Source of the DNA: Candidatus Campbellbacteria bacterium | Lineage (GTDB): Bacteria; Patescibacteriota; Minisyncoccia; Phycocordibacterales; EsbW-18 | Length of the DNA stretch: 64,000 bases | Assembly: GCA_016699465.1 (NCBI GenBank) | Contig: CP064977.1 | Location: 10,096 to 74,095 of the forward strand | Direction: 5' to 3' | Part shown: piece by piece, positions 9,394 to 19,164 of the stretch | Position numbering within the stretch: position 1 is the first letter of the stretch | Layout of the letters: each line of letters starts with the position of its first letter | Position numbers and translations under genes: made by a program | Notes under the pieces: generated by a model | The model's database searches: none | Told to the model about the DNA's origin: nothing | The model's input: the letters and a program-made list of their open reading frames with translations, nothing else

Positions 9394-9751
9394 TGAAGTG
9401 AGGCTAAAGCAGAAGCCCCGTTTCTGCTTTACGCCGATCGAGCCATCCATATCGAGAGGGGCGAAGATATGGGTGGTGAAGTGAGGCTAACATAGAAGCC
9501 TCATTGCGTCATTGTACCAATAAAAAAGAATTTTTCTAGTGTGGGCCAGGTGGGACTCGGTCACGAATTACAAAGTATTTTTGTAAGAGACTCGACCAAG
9601 AACATTTTTACTCGCCGTCGCTCGTAAAAATTTCTCGGTCCTGCTCGCGCGACACCGCCTACTGACGGCGTATCCGCGCTCGCTTTCTCGTCCCATCTTG
9701 TACCTACAAAACAAAATCACCGAATGCTTTGCATCCGGTTCTTTGTTTTTG

Positions 9752-9832
9752 TGGGCCAGGTGGGACTCGAACCCACATCTCATACGAGACACGATCTTAA
9801 GTCGTGCGTGTATACCATTCCACCACTGGCCC
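9752..9832 (-). tRNA. tRNA-Leu(TAA), type II
   Basis: Anticodon stem-loop CACGA-CTTAAGA-TCGTG, 13-nt variable arm, T-arm GTGGG-TTCGAGT-CCCAC. Confidence 0.8.
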
Positions 9833-9869
9833 CTGGTCCGGCTTTCAATTCCTTTACTATAAATTTTCC

Positions 9870-9945
9870 TGGAGGCACGGGCGGGAATTGAACCCGCGCA
9901 ATAACGGTTTTGCAGACCGTCGCGTTACCACTTCGCCACCGTGCC
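9870..9945 (-). tRNA. tRNA-Cys(GCA), CCA encoded
   Basis: Anticodon stem-loop ACGGT-CTGCAAA-ACCGT, T-arm GCGGG-TTCAATT-CCCGC. Confidence 0.8.
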
Positions 9946-9953
9946 ACTTCACC

Positions 9954-10286
9954 CTATTCTAAAGGTTTATTATCATCTGACAATGCCTCAAGTTCAATAC
10001 GGTTTTTTTCGCCGTAGTCGATTTCAAAATCGAAGAATGGGAGAATGCGTGTTCGTGCACGTTTCTGTGCAAATGCACGAAACTCTTTTCGTTTTCGTTT
10101 CAAAAAATCAAGAGCTGTGTCTTCGTACGAATCGGGAAGGACACTGATAAAAATAGTAAGACGTTTTTCATCGGACGACAAAACCGATCGTGTCACAGTA
10201 ACGAGTGATTGTCGGTTTGATTCGAGATTTATGAAGTCTGCAGCAATATGTGCGAACAATTCTTCTTTTTGTTCTCGGTGTGACAT
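9954..10286 (-). CDS. rbfA: Ribosome-binding factor A
   Basis: 110 aa, immediately downstream of infB on the same strand (the conserved infB-rbfA arrangement). RbfA-like length and charge pattern. The sequence motif call itself is weak. Confidence 0.65.
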   Translation of the reverse strand: MSHREQKEELFAHIAADFINLESNRQSLVTVTRSVLSSDEKRLTIFISVLPDSYEDTALDFLKRKRKEFRAFAQKRARTRILPFFDFEIDYGEKNRIELEALSDDNKPLE

Positions 10287-10289
10287 AAA

Positions 10290-11849
10290 TTAACGTGTTA
10301 CAGATGTGTACGAAATAAGTGTGTCTCCGGATGCGATAGTAACAGATGCGTCAATACGTCCTCCAAATTCGGTGCCAACAGGAACTTGTTTTACTTGGTC
10401 GCGATCTTTCTGGAGTCCCACAATACGTCCTGTTCCAATTTCTTCATCGCGACGTACAATCGTAACAGTATCACCAACATGGAATGCGCCTTCATCAACT
10501 CGTGCTCCAATAACCTGTTTTGTTTTGACTGCACTGAAAAACTTGAGTACACGTGCTTGTCCTCGAATTTCTTGAACGGTTTCCTTTGGTCGGCGTTCTG
10601 CCACAAGTTCGGTGAGCCACTCGGTTAATTTATAGATAATGGTTTCTGTGTGTACTGCCATACCAATACGCTCAGCGCTGAGACGTGCCTCCGTTTCGAC
10701 GCTTGTATTGAAACCAATAATGACTGTTCGCGCATCTCCGCCGGCACGTTTAATATCGTTTTCTGAAATAGGTCCAACGTCTGCAAGAATAATTTTAAGA
10801 TCAACTTTTTCTTCCTGGATTTTTGCAATTTCGTGAGCAATGGCATCGAGTGATCCTGACACATCTGCTTTGATGATGACAGGAACGAGTGCGTGTTCGG
10901 CGGTGTCGTCTGGTGAAAGTGTGGCACGTGTAGGTATGTCTGCGTGCACAGTGACACTGTTGGCACAGAAATTCTCGGCGTTTTTCTTTGTGTCAAATGT
11001 ATGCACGTTAATTCCAACTTCAGGCAAAGTGTTCCATCCAATGATGGTGACAGGAGCACACGCTTCTGCGGTTTCTATTTGTTCACCCTTGAAATCGTAA
11101 ATAGCTCGTACTGGTGAGCAACTTTTTCCAGCGGCTACCGCGGAACCCTTCGAAAGGTGTCCATTTGTGATGATGAATGTTGCGGAGATACCTTTTTGCG
11201 CATCTCGGTGTGCTTCAATGACAACGCCTTCTGCAGGACCATCTGGTTGTGTGGTTAATTCCTCAAGTGACGCGACAAGCAAAATCATCTCAAGGAGTTC
11301 ATTGATACCCGTTCCTTTTTTTGCGCTGATAGGAATGTATGGAGTTGAGCCCCCGTGTCCTTCAAGAAAAATACTGTTTTCGATAAGGTTAGCGACAGTG
11401 CGCTCAACATTTGCGTTTGGAGCATCTATTTTATTTATTGCGACAATGTAAGGGATACCGGCGCTTTCAATGGCATGTACGGCTTCTTTTGTTTGTGCTT
11501 TGACACCGTCTTCTGCAGAAACAACAAGAATGGCGATGTCGGCAACTGATGCTCCGCGTTGTCGTTGAGCTCTAAATGCCTCATGCCCCGGAGTGTCGAT
11601 GAATGTAATTTTTTTATGTGTTCCTGTTGCGTCTTTGTGCACTACCTCATACGCGGCGGTGTGTTGTGTAATACCACCGGCCTCTGAAGCGACGATGTTT
11701 GTTTTCCTGATGTAGTCAAGCAAGCTTGATTTGCCGTGATCGACGTGACCAAGAACCACAACAATGGGAGGACGCTCTATGCTGTTGTGTTGGTTGGTGG
11801 TCATAGGGAAAGAAAAAGCGTCTGGTGACGCAGGTAGAGCATTATACAA
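10290..11849 (-). CDS. infB: Translation initiation factor IF-2 (short form lacking the long N-terminal domains)
   Basis: GTPase G1 (GHVDHGKSSLLD), G3 (DTPGHEAF), G4 (NKID), then the beta-barrel and C2 domains. Confidence 0.9.
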   Translation of the reverse strand: MYNALPASPDAFSFPMTTNQHNSIERPPIVVVLGHVDHGKSSLLDYIRKTNIVASEAGGITQHTAAYEVVHKDATGTHKKITFIDTPGHEAFRAQRQRGASVADIAILVVSAEDGVKAQTKEAVHAIESAGIPYIVAINKIDAPNANVERTVANLIENSIFLEGHGGSTPYIPISAKKGTGINELLEMILLVASLEELTTQPDGPAEGVVIEAHRDAQKGISATFIITNGHLSKGSAVAAGKSCSPVRAIYDFKGEQIETAEACAPVTIIGWNTLPEVGINVHTFDTKKNAENFCANSVTVHADIPTRATLSPDDTAEHALVPVIIKADVSGSLDAIAHEIAKIQEEKVDLKIILADVGPISENDIKRAGGDARTVIIGFNTSVETEARLSAERIGMAVHTETIIYKLTEWLTELVAERRPKETVQEIRGQARVLKFFSAVKTKQVIGARVDEGAFHVGDTVTIVRRDEEIGTGRIVGLQKDRDQVKQVPVGTEFGGRIDASVTIASGDTLISYTSVTR

Positions 11850-11900
11850 TGTTTTTATGATATATGAAAGGATGATGGACGTGGTGTATCGGCGTATTAT

Positions 11901-13094
11901 GTGTCTATTCGTATGTCTGAATTACGCACACAAAAATCTCACCACAACGTGTATCTCGATTATGCTGCGGCGACACCGTTGGATGTTCGTGCGCGAGAAG
12001 CGATGTCTCCGTATGAAACTGATATATTTGCGAATCCACGCTCGTTACATGCATCTGGTGTGGAAGTGCGACGTGTTGTTGAGTCTGCTCGTTCTCAGGT
12101 GGCGGCGTACATTGGGGTGACTGCTGATGAAGTGTATTTTACGCACAGTGGTACTGACGGAAATACTCGTGCAATTGTTGGTGTGACAAATGCATTACAG
12201 GATAATGGTATGCAACTCTCGAACATGCATTGTATTGTGGGAAGTATTGAACACTCATCGGTTCGTTCGTGTGCAGAAACACTTTCGCGCCGTGGTATGT
12301 CTGTGTCGTATGCGCCGGTAACTCAGGAAGGCATTTTGGATATTGAAAAAACGCTTGCGTTGATACATGACAACACCGTTTTTATTTCACACATGTTGGT
12401 GAACAATGAGATCGGAACACTTCAACCAATCACCGAACTTGCTTCACGTGTTCGCGAATTAAATACAACAAGAAAAAATCAGATTATTGTGCACACTGAT
12501 GCGAGCCAGGCTCCGTTGTGGCTTCCCGTGGTGGTGCCGCAACTTGGTGTTGATTTAATGACACTTGATGCGCATAAAATGTATGGTCCAAAAGGTGTCG
12601 GGGCACTCGTTATACGAAATGGTACTCCGTATGCTGGTATCTGTGGCATACTTCACAAAAAAGATACAGACGAAGGCGGTACACCAAATGTTCCCGCAAT
12701 TGTTGGCTTTGCAGAGGCGTTTCGGGCGTGTGAAGAAAATCGCGTTGAAGCAACGAAACGTGTCACTAAGATTAGAGATTACTGTATTGAACAACTTCGT
12801 GCGCGTTTTCCTGAGGCGCGTATCCATGGGAGTGTGACGCAACGTATTGCAAACAATATAAACGTATCTTTTCCAGATAGTGAAGCCGAGTTTCTCGTGA
12901 CCCAACTTTCACTGTACGGTATTTCTGTTTCTGCAAAGAGCGCGTGTTTATCTGGTGGTGGGGAAGGTTCGTATGTTATTGCGGCACTTGATCCAGAGCG
13001 AAAGAATAATGCATTACGCATTACGCTTGGCAAAGAAACGACGCATGAGGATATTGAATACATGATTAGTGTGTTGGTTGATATTCTCTCGTAG
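11901..13094 (+). CDS. Cysteine desulfurase (class V aminotransferase, IscS/NifS-like)
   Basis: YLDYAAATP N-terminal motif and PLP-lysine context HKMYGPKGVGAL. The true start may be an internal Met. Confidence 0.85.
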   Translation: MSIRMSELRTQKSHHNVYLDYAAATPLDVRAREAMSPYETDIFANPRSLHASGVEVRRVVESARSQVAAYIGVTADEVYFTHSGTDGNTRAIVGVTNALQDNGMQLSNMHCIVGSIEHSSVRSCAETLSRRGMSVSYAPVTQEGILDIEKTLALIHDNTVFISHMLVNNEIGTLQPITELASRVRELNTTRKNQIIVHTDASQAPLWLPVVVPQLGVDLMTLDAHKMYGPKGVGALVIRNGTPYAGICGILHKKDTDEGGTPNVPAIVGFAEAFRACEENRVEATKRVTKIRDYCIEQLRARFPEARIHGSVTQRIANNINVSFPDSEAEFLVTQLSLYGISVSAKSACLSGGGEGSYVIAALDPERKNNALRITLGKETTHEDIEYMISVLVDILS

Positions 13095-13195
13095 GATTCT
13101 TGTTGCTGTGTGGATTTTCATTTATACTAAGAGTATCGTTTTCTCTTATTCCAATCCCCAAACCAATCTCTAACTTCCAACTCCTATTATTTTTT

Positions 13196-13954
13196 ATGGA
13201 TATCGAGCGACTCAACAAAACACAAATCATCCTCTTAGCCCTACTTATGTCGTTTGTGACATCAATTGCCACAGGTATTGCAACAGTGTCGCTTATGGAA
13301 AGAGCGCCAACTGATGTGATGCGTGTTATTGATAGAATTGTGGAGAAGCCAATCGAGACTATTGTACCAGGAGCAAAAGAGGTGGTGACGAATACTGTCG
13401 TTGTTCAGGAAAGTGAACTTATTGCAAAATCTGTTGAAATGATTCGTCCAAGTGTTGTGCGTGTGTATGAAATAAAGCGTCCAAAGAATGTATTTATAGC
13501 GTTTGGTTTTGTTACGGATGAGTCAGGAACCATTGTGTCCAGCACTGCATCATTTGCGCAGAAAAAAACATACGTTGCAGTACGTGATGATGGGGTGTCA
13601 TTCAAAATGATTGCTCAATCCGTTACTGGAGGAATGACGACTTTTACTCCCGATACCACACAAGAGGGAGGGGTACCGACTGGATTTAAACCAATTTCTC
13701 GTATAGCAAGTATCAATGTAAAACTCGGTCAAACTGTCATTGCTTTGAGTGGAAGTGAATCATACACCGTGTCTCCCGGTGTTGTTACTAACATATCTTT
13801 ACCCGAGGCAGACAATCCGACAGGGATTAGTATGATTAGGACAACTATAGACACCGTCGGAATGGCTGTTGGAACGCCTCTGGTGACGAATAAAGGAGAA
13901 TTTGTCGGGGTTATATATCCAACTGAATCAGGGCTCTTTAGATCGCTTTTTTAG
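13196..13954 (+). CDS. HtrA/DegP-like trypsin-fold protein lacking the catalytic triad (pseudoprotease) and lacking a PDZ domain. N-terminal TM anchor.
   Basis: Segment-by-segment resemblance to the HtrA protease domain. RPSVVRV matches [34 protein letters not shown] matches [49 protein letters not shown] matches GNSGGALVNLNGELIGINT. The protein contains no histidine at all, and the catalytic serine motif is GMAVG. Confidence 0.55.
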   Translation: [252 protein letters not shown]

Positions 13955-14039
13955 GTTTTTCGTGGGTTTCAATACTATCGTCTAATGTATGCCCAATGGG
14001 TTGACTATAATCAAAATATAGGTTATTATACAAACATAT

Positions 14040-16757
14040 ATGCCACCATTTGGTAAATTTACAACAAAAGCAAAAGAGGCAATCAAGCGGGCACACGAGC
14101 TCGCCATTGAGCGTGGTCAAAGTAACGTGGGCGTTTTGCATTTATTGACGTCGCTCATTCTCCAAGAGGAAAGTATGGTTGCGTCTATTTTGGATAAACT
14201 TGAAGTTGATACTATTGCTCTCACGGATTCACTTCTTGATGCTCTTGAACCATCTGATACAAATCAGACGGTTTCTCCAGCGTACCAAATGTACCTTACT
14301 CCGGAGCTTGCAAAAACTCTTGAGCACTCACTCAAGGTTGCAGCATCTCTTTCAGATAAATTTGTTTCTACGGAACACCTCTTTATCAGCGCTATTGATA
14401 GTCCGGGTGACGCGCAAGAAATTTTGAATCAATTTAAAGTGCGTCGCGATGCCGTCATGCACGTACTTAAAGAACTTCGTGAAAATCCTGAAACTGCGGA
14501 AGGTGGTCCAAAAAAACCACGCGCGATTGCTCGATACACACGAAGTCTTACCGTTCAGGCAAAAGAAAACAAACTTGACCCGGTTATTGGACGTGATAAA
14601 GAAATTCAGCGCATTATTCAGATACTCTCTCGTCGCACAAAAAATAATCCGATTCTTATTGGAGAAGCGGGTGTGGGAAAAACTGCTGTGGTTGAAGGAC
14701 TTGCACAACGTATTGCATCTGGAGATATTCCTGAATCACTTAAAGGTAAAGACCTTGTCTCGCTTGATCTCGGTTCACTGATTGCAGGAACAAAATACCG
14801 TGGTGAGTTTGAAGAACGTCTCAAAGCAATTGTAAAAGATATTGAGAATTCAAACGGAAATATCATTTTGTTTATTGATGAGATTCACACTATTGTGGGT
14901 GCTGGGGCTGCGGAAGGTGCGATGGATGCATCCAACATGTTGAAACCAGCTCTTGCTCGAGGAGAACTACGTGCCATTGGTGCAACAACATTGAAGGAAT
15001 ACCAAAAACACATTGAAAAAGATCCTGCACTCACACGACGATTTCAACCAGTATTCATTAATGAGCCAAATGAGGAAGATGCGGTTGCTATTTTGCGTGG
15101 ATTAAAAGAGAAGTATGAACTATTCCACGGAGTAAAGATTACTGACGATGCCATTATTGCGGCAGTCGGTCTCTCAAGTCGATATATTTCTGATCGATTT
15201 TTACCTGATAAGGCAGTTGACCTTATTGATGAAGCGTCATCGTCATTGCGTATTTCACTTGAAAACAAGCCGCCAATTCTTGAAGAAACACATAGAAAAA
15301 TAATGATGCTCGAGATTGAGAAGGAGGCGCTTAAAAGTGAGGCGTCTGGAAAGGGTGAAAAATCGTTGAAAGTAAAAGGACGAATGAAAATTATTGATAA
15401 AGAAATTGCCGATCTCAAGGAAACAATTGAAGAGATAGAATTGAAATGGAAAAACGAAAAAGAAACAATTACTGAAATAAAAGAAATCAAAAAACAATTA
15501 GAGCGTGCGCGTCTTGATGCTGAAGCTGCTGAAGCAACAGCTGATTTGGCACGTGCCGCAGAAATTCGCTACGGACACATTCCTACACTTGAAAAAGAGT
15601 TCGAAACTCGAAGTGCTCGTCTGAAACGACTTCAAAAATCGCGACGTATTCTCAAAGAAGACGTGACTGAACCAGACATTGCTGAAATTGTTTCGCGCTG
15701 GACAGGCATTCCTGTATCACGCATGTTGGAAGGAGAGGCACAGAAATTGTTTCGTATGGAAGATGAACTTCGTAAGCGAGTTGTTGGACAAGATACTGCA
15801 ATTGAAAAAGTATCAAATGCAGTGAAACGTTCACGTGCGGGTATTGCGGATCCAAATCGACCGATTGGTTCGTTTATGTTTCTTGGTCCGACAGGCGTAG
15901 GTAAAACCGAATTAGCGAAAGCTCTCGCTGAATTTATGTTTGATGATGAGAAGGCACTTATTCGTGTTGATATGTCAGAGTTTATGGAAAAGCACTCAGT
16001 ATCGAAAGTTATCGGTGCACCTCCGGGATATGTTGGTCATGAAGAGGGAGGTGCGCTCACTGAGCGTATTCGCCACCGACCATACTCCGTGATTCTCTTT
16101 GATGAGATTGAAAAAGCACATCCAGAAGTGTTCAATATTCTATTGCAGGTGTTAGATGATGGACATTTAACCGATGCAAAAGGACGTACGGTAAATTTCA
16201 AAAATTCAATTTTGATTATGACGTCTAATATTGGTGCTCAGTATCTCGATCGTATGCATGGTATTGGTTTTGGTTCTAGTGATGAAGATGAACAGTCAAG
16301 TAAAAACATTCATGACAAGGTGATGGAAGCGCTTCGTGATCAATTCCGTCCTGAATTTTTGAACCGCCTCGATGAAATGGTTGTTTTCAATGTGCTTTCA
16401 AAAGAAGCAATTGGTAACATTGTGTCTATTCAATTGGATATCGTGAAGAAACGTCTTGCTGAAAAAGAGATTACACTCGAGGTTTCTCCTGCAGCTGTTG
16501 CGTTTTTGGCAGAGAAGGGATACAACCCGACGTATGGTGCCCGACCGTTGAAGCGTTTGATTCAAGATAAAATCTTGACCCGTGTTGCACAACTCATGGT
16601 CTCTCGGGGTATTTTCCAGGGTGGTGTTGTTGCTGTTGATGCGCAAAAACAGGAAAATGGTGAGATAGATATTGTTTTTTCACTCACAAAAAAAGGAACA
16701 AGTAAGGTTATCAAATCTCGCACTTCAAAAAAACAACACGAAACGGTTCGAGTGTAG
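14040..16757 (+). CDS. clpB: ATP-dependent chaperone ClpB (Hsp100, two AAA+ modules plus M-domain coiled coil)
   Basis: Clp N-domain, Walker [10 protein letters not shown] and [12 protein letters not shown], and a long coiled-coil insert. Confidence 0.95.
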   Translation: MPPFGKFTTKAKEAIKRAHELAIERGQSNVGVLHLLTSLILQEESMVASILDKLEVDTIALTDSLLDALEPSDTNQTVSPAYQMYLTPELAKTLEHSLKVAASLSDKFVSTEHLFISAIDSPGDAQEILNQFKVRRDAVMHVLKELRENPETAEGGPKKPRAIARYTRSLTVQAKENKLDPVIGRDKEIQRIIQILSRRTKNNPILIGEAGVGKTAVVEGLAQRIASGDIPESLKGKDLVSLDLGSLIAGTKYRGEFEERLKAIVKDIENSNGNIILFIDEIHTIVGAGAAEGAMDASNMLKPALARGELRAIGATTLKEYQKHIEKDPALTRRFQPVFINEPNEEDAVAILRGLKEKYELFHGVKITDDAIIAAVGLSSRYISDRFLPDKAVDLIDEASSSLRISLENKPPILEETHRKIMMLEIEKEALKSEASGKGEKSLKVKGRMKIIDKEIADLKETIEEIELKWKNEKETITEIKEIKKQLERARLDAEAAEATADLARAAEIRYGHIPTLEKEFETRSARLKRLQKSRRILKEDVTEPDIAEIVSRWTGIPVSRMLEGEAQKLFRMEDELRKRVVGQDTAIEKVSNAVKRSRAGIADPNRPIGSFMFLGPTGVGKTELAKALAEFMFDDEKALIRVDMSEFMEKHSVSKVIGAPPGYVGHEEGGALTERIRHRPYSVILFDEIEKAHPEVFNILLQVLDDGHLTDAKGRTVNFKNSILIMTSNIGAQYLDRMHGIGFGSSDEDEQSSKNIHDKVMEALRDQFRPEFLNRLDEMVVFNVLSKEAIGNIVSIQLDIVKKRLAEKEITLEVSPAAVAFLAEKGYNPTYGARPLKRLIQDKILTRVAQLMVSRGIFQGGVVAVDAQKQENGEIDIVFSLTKKGTSKVIKSRTSKKQHETVRV

Positions 16758-16798
16758 TTTTGCATCCAGTGTTTTTTTGTTGTACTGTATATCTCGTT

Positions 16799-16881
16799 GC
16801 GTCGGTGGCGGAGCGGTCAATCGCACTAGACTGTAAATCTAGCGCCTTCGGGCTACGGAGGTTCGAATCCTCCCCGGCGCA
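16799..16881 (+). tRNA. tRNA-Tyr(GTA), type II, no encoded CCA
   Basis: Anticodon stem-loop CTAGA-CTGTAAA-TCTAG, long variable arm, T-arm GGAGG-TTCGAAT-CCTCC. Confidence 0.8.
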
Positions 16882-16885
16882 CAGA

Positions 16886-16922
16886 ATGAAAAATACACCA
16901 GCAATGCCTGGTGTATTTTTCA
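16886..16922. terminator. Rho-independent terminator hairpin after tRNA-Tyr
   Basis: aaaaatacaccag-caatgc-ctggtgtattttt. Confidence 0.6.
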
Positions 16923-16996
16923 TTCTGATGCTATTGGGAGAGGAGGATTCGAAGGCCGTATCCAGTGAGTAAAATATTCCTGATGCTGTTGAACTA

Positions 16997-17374
16997 TTAT
17001 TTTTGCCAATACTCAGGAAGCAAGTCTTTTAATTTCATAACTTTATTTTCACTTAAAATAACCTCTGTCTCAGCGTTTCCTTTGTCTACTTGATACATCA
17101 ATTCACGGCATCTACCACATGGACTAAGAATCCCTTCGGTAGCAACGGCAACAATCTTTTTTATTCTTGTTTCTCCTCCTGTAAGCATATTTCCTATCGC
17201 GGTATGTTCTCCACAAACACCTATTCCACAAGGAGCATCTATACTAACACCCCCATAAATATTTCCACTTTCTGTAACTAAAACACTACCAACTTCTCCA
17301 GAAACAGCACCGCCATTTAACTTTTTTATACTCACCAATTCTGATGCCTTTTTAATTATTTCTTGATTGGTCAT
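16997..17374 (-). CDS. cdd: Cytidine deaminase family zinc enzyme
   Basis: Zinc-ligand motifs CGEHTAI (C/H-x-E) and SPCGRCRE (PCxxC) at the correct spacing for the roughly 125-aa homotetrameric Cdd type. Confidence 0.7.
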   Translation of the reverse strand: MTNQEIIKKASELVSIKKLNGGAVSGEVGSVLVTESGNIYGGVSIDAPCGIGVCGEHTAIGNMLTGGETRIKKIVAVATEGILSPCGRCRELMYQVDKGNAETEVILSENKVMKLKDLLPEYWQK

Positions 17375-17452
17375 ATTTTTATTATAAATAACAAAATCAC
17401 GTAAAAAGTTTAGTCGAGGGTAAAAAGCGCACCCATGGTCCTCTCCGACTTT

Positions 17453-18226
17453 TTATTTCCCCAACTCGCTATATTTCACAACAGTATTTTTTCCTCGATT
17501 CGTTTTTGCTTCGTACATGGCATGGTCAGCAAATGTAATAAGTTGTTCCAAACTGTCTGCTTGTGAGGAATGTAGGGACGCAACTCCAATACTTGCTGTG
17601 AGACAGTGTGAGCCGTGGACACAAGGCGTCTGCTCGATTTTTTTTCTGATTTCTTCTGCTTTAGTAAAAGCAGATTGCTCAGTTGCACCAAGCATGGCAA
17701 CAACAAACTCTTCGCCGCCAAAGCGCCCAACTGCATCAATGTCGCGCATTTCTTTTTTTAGCAAGGAACTAACCTTTTGTAGAGCCTCATCTCCTGCATC
17801 GTGTCCGAGAGTGTCGTTAATTTTTTTAAAATTATCCAAATCAATAAAGATGATTGAGAAGTCGTCAATAGTAACACCTGCACGCTTTTCTTTTCTCGTG
17901 TTACTAAATCGAGCTTCATCAAAGAACGCTGAAAATTCTTCATAGATACCACGTCGGTTAAGAATACCGGTCAACTCGTCCTTGTAGACCATGGTTCGTA
18001 GTTGGTGGAGCTGAGATCGAAGTTTTTCAACGAGGACATCATCCTCGGACTCGTCAAATGTGATGGAGGCCTCTGTTAGGATTTTTTTCAAATGCCCCAT
18101 GTCATCAAAAATACGATCTTCATCAAGAATGAGTGTTTTTATGTGCACAAGTGCTTTGTGAAAATCTTGTGCAGAGAGCTTTTTTAGGTCTTCTTTTTCT
18201 TCAAACATACCACTAGTATATCGCAC
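17453..18226 (-). CDS. GGDEF-domain diguanylate cyclase (motif variant GGEEF), with no obvious sensor or TM domain
   Basis: ELTGILNRRG, FIDLDNFKKINDTLGHDAGDEAL and RFGGEEF. Confidence 0.85.
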   Translation of the reverse strand: MRYTSGMFEEKEDLKKLSAQDFHKALVHIKTLILDEDRIFDDMGHLKKILTEASITFDESEDDVLVEKLRSQLHQLRTMVYKDELTGILNRRGIYEEFSAFFDEARFSNTRKEKRAGVTIDDFSIIFIDLDNFKKINDTLGHDAGDEALQKVSSLLKKEMRDIDAVGRFGGEEFVVAMLGATEQSAFTKAEEIRKKIEQTPCVHGSHCLTASIGVASLHSSQADSLEQLITFADHAMYEAKTNRGKNTVVKYSELGK

Positions 18227-18285
18227 TGAACATCAAAAAGTCGACTGTTGCATGGGGACATATCTCGTGCTATTATGCTTCCACT

Positions 18286-18453
18286 ATGTCACAAGATGCA
18301 TTGGTAAAAATGAAATCGACCAAGTCTGATCACATGTATTGGACTCGTCGCAACAAAAAGAGTAAGGGTGCTCAAAATAAAGAGCGTCTTGAATTTAAGA
18401 AATTTGATCCCACACTGAGGGAGCACGTTGCCTATAAACAAGTAAAAAAATAG
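18286..18453 (+). CDS. rpmG: 50S ribosomal protein L33 (55 aa, below the ORF-track cutoff)
   Basis: Translation MSQDALVKMKSTKSDHMYWTRRNKKSKGAQNKERLEFKKFDPTLREHVAYKQVKK matches the L33 pattern ...KNK...KLELKKFDP..R.HV.YKE.K. It is followed by the hairpin tagcc-ttctg-ggcta plus a T-run, and it precedes tRNA-Trp as in the rpmG-secE region of many bacteria. Confidence 0.8.
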   Translation: MSQDALVKMKSTKSDHMYWTRRNKKSKGAQNKERLEFKKFDPTLREHVAYKQVKK

Positions 18454-18503
18454 CCTTCTGGGCTATTTTTTGATTAGGGTGCCTTGTGGTATTGTAATCT
18501 CAC

Positions 18504-18574
18504 GGGCGATTAGTTAAATGGTATAACAGTGGTCTCCAAAACCACTATTGGGGGTTCGATTCCCTCATCGCCCG
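18504..18574 (+). tRNA. tRNA-Trp(CCA)
   Basis: Anticodon stem-loop GTGGT-CTCCAAA-ACCAC, acceptor GGGCGAT/ATCGCCC. Confidence 0.8.
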
Positions 18575-18678
18575 CTGGCTCAAGAAGGAATCGAATGCCG
18601 GAGCGCGACAGTGTGAGGTGGGGTCGCAGAAATTTTTGACAAAAAATTATCCGTGACCGATTCCCACATTGCCCACAT

Positions 18679-19128
18679 ATGAAGCCTACTCTATGGATTA
18701 TTATTGGCATCGTGATAGGTGCACTTGCACTGGCTTTTTTTGTGCGTATACCATCTAGTAATCAAAAAAAGGCGGCGATATCAATTGGTAAGACAAACAT
18801 TAATCTCGAAGTAGCTGACACGGACGTATTAAGAACACAAGGATTGAGTGGTCGCGAATCGCTCGCATCTACCACGGGAATGTTGTTTGTATTTGATGAA
18901 TCAGATACGTATGGTTTTTGGATGAAAGATATGCGTTTTCCTTTGGATATTATTTGGCTTGATGAACAAGGTGTTGTTGTACATATTGAATATAATGTCG
19001 CTCCAGAAACATACCCAAGTGTTCTTACACCAAATGAAAAAGCGCTCTATGTATTAGAAGTGAATGCTGGCGTTGCAAGCGAATTACTTATTGAGAAGGG
19101 GACACGGCTCGATATTGTGTTCAAGTAA
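18679..19128 (+). CDS. DUF192 (COG1430) secreted/membrane-anchored protein
   Basis: Signal/TM segment, then VEVADTD..RTQGLSGRESL..GMLFVF....FWMKDMRFPLDIIWLD..G.VV.I, the characteristic DUF192 layout. Confidence 0.7.
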   Translation: MKPTLWIIIGIVIGALALAFFVRIPSSNQKKAAISIGKTNINLEVADTDVLRTQGLSGRESLASTTGMLFVFDESDTYGFWMKDMRFPLDIIWLDEQGVVVHIEYNVAPETYPSVLTPNEKALYVLEVNAGVASELLIEKGTRLDIVFK

Positions 19129-19164
19129 GCATGTGCACAAAAACCCGCGTGAAGCAGGTTTTTG

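Noticed and set aside
9193-9792. ORFs 9193-9450 minus and 9568-9792 minus in the tRNA cluster
   Set aside because: They overlap tRNA-Lys and tRNA-Leu genes and the repeat and hairpin elements. No coding signal.
10306-11549. Several plus- and minus-strand ORFs overlapping infB
   Set aside because: Antisense or out of frame relative to a clear IF-2. No motifs.
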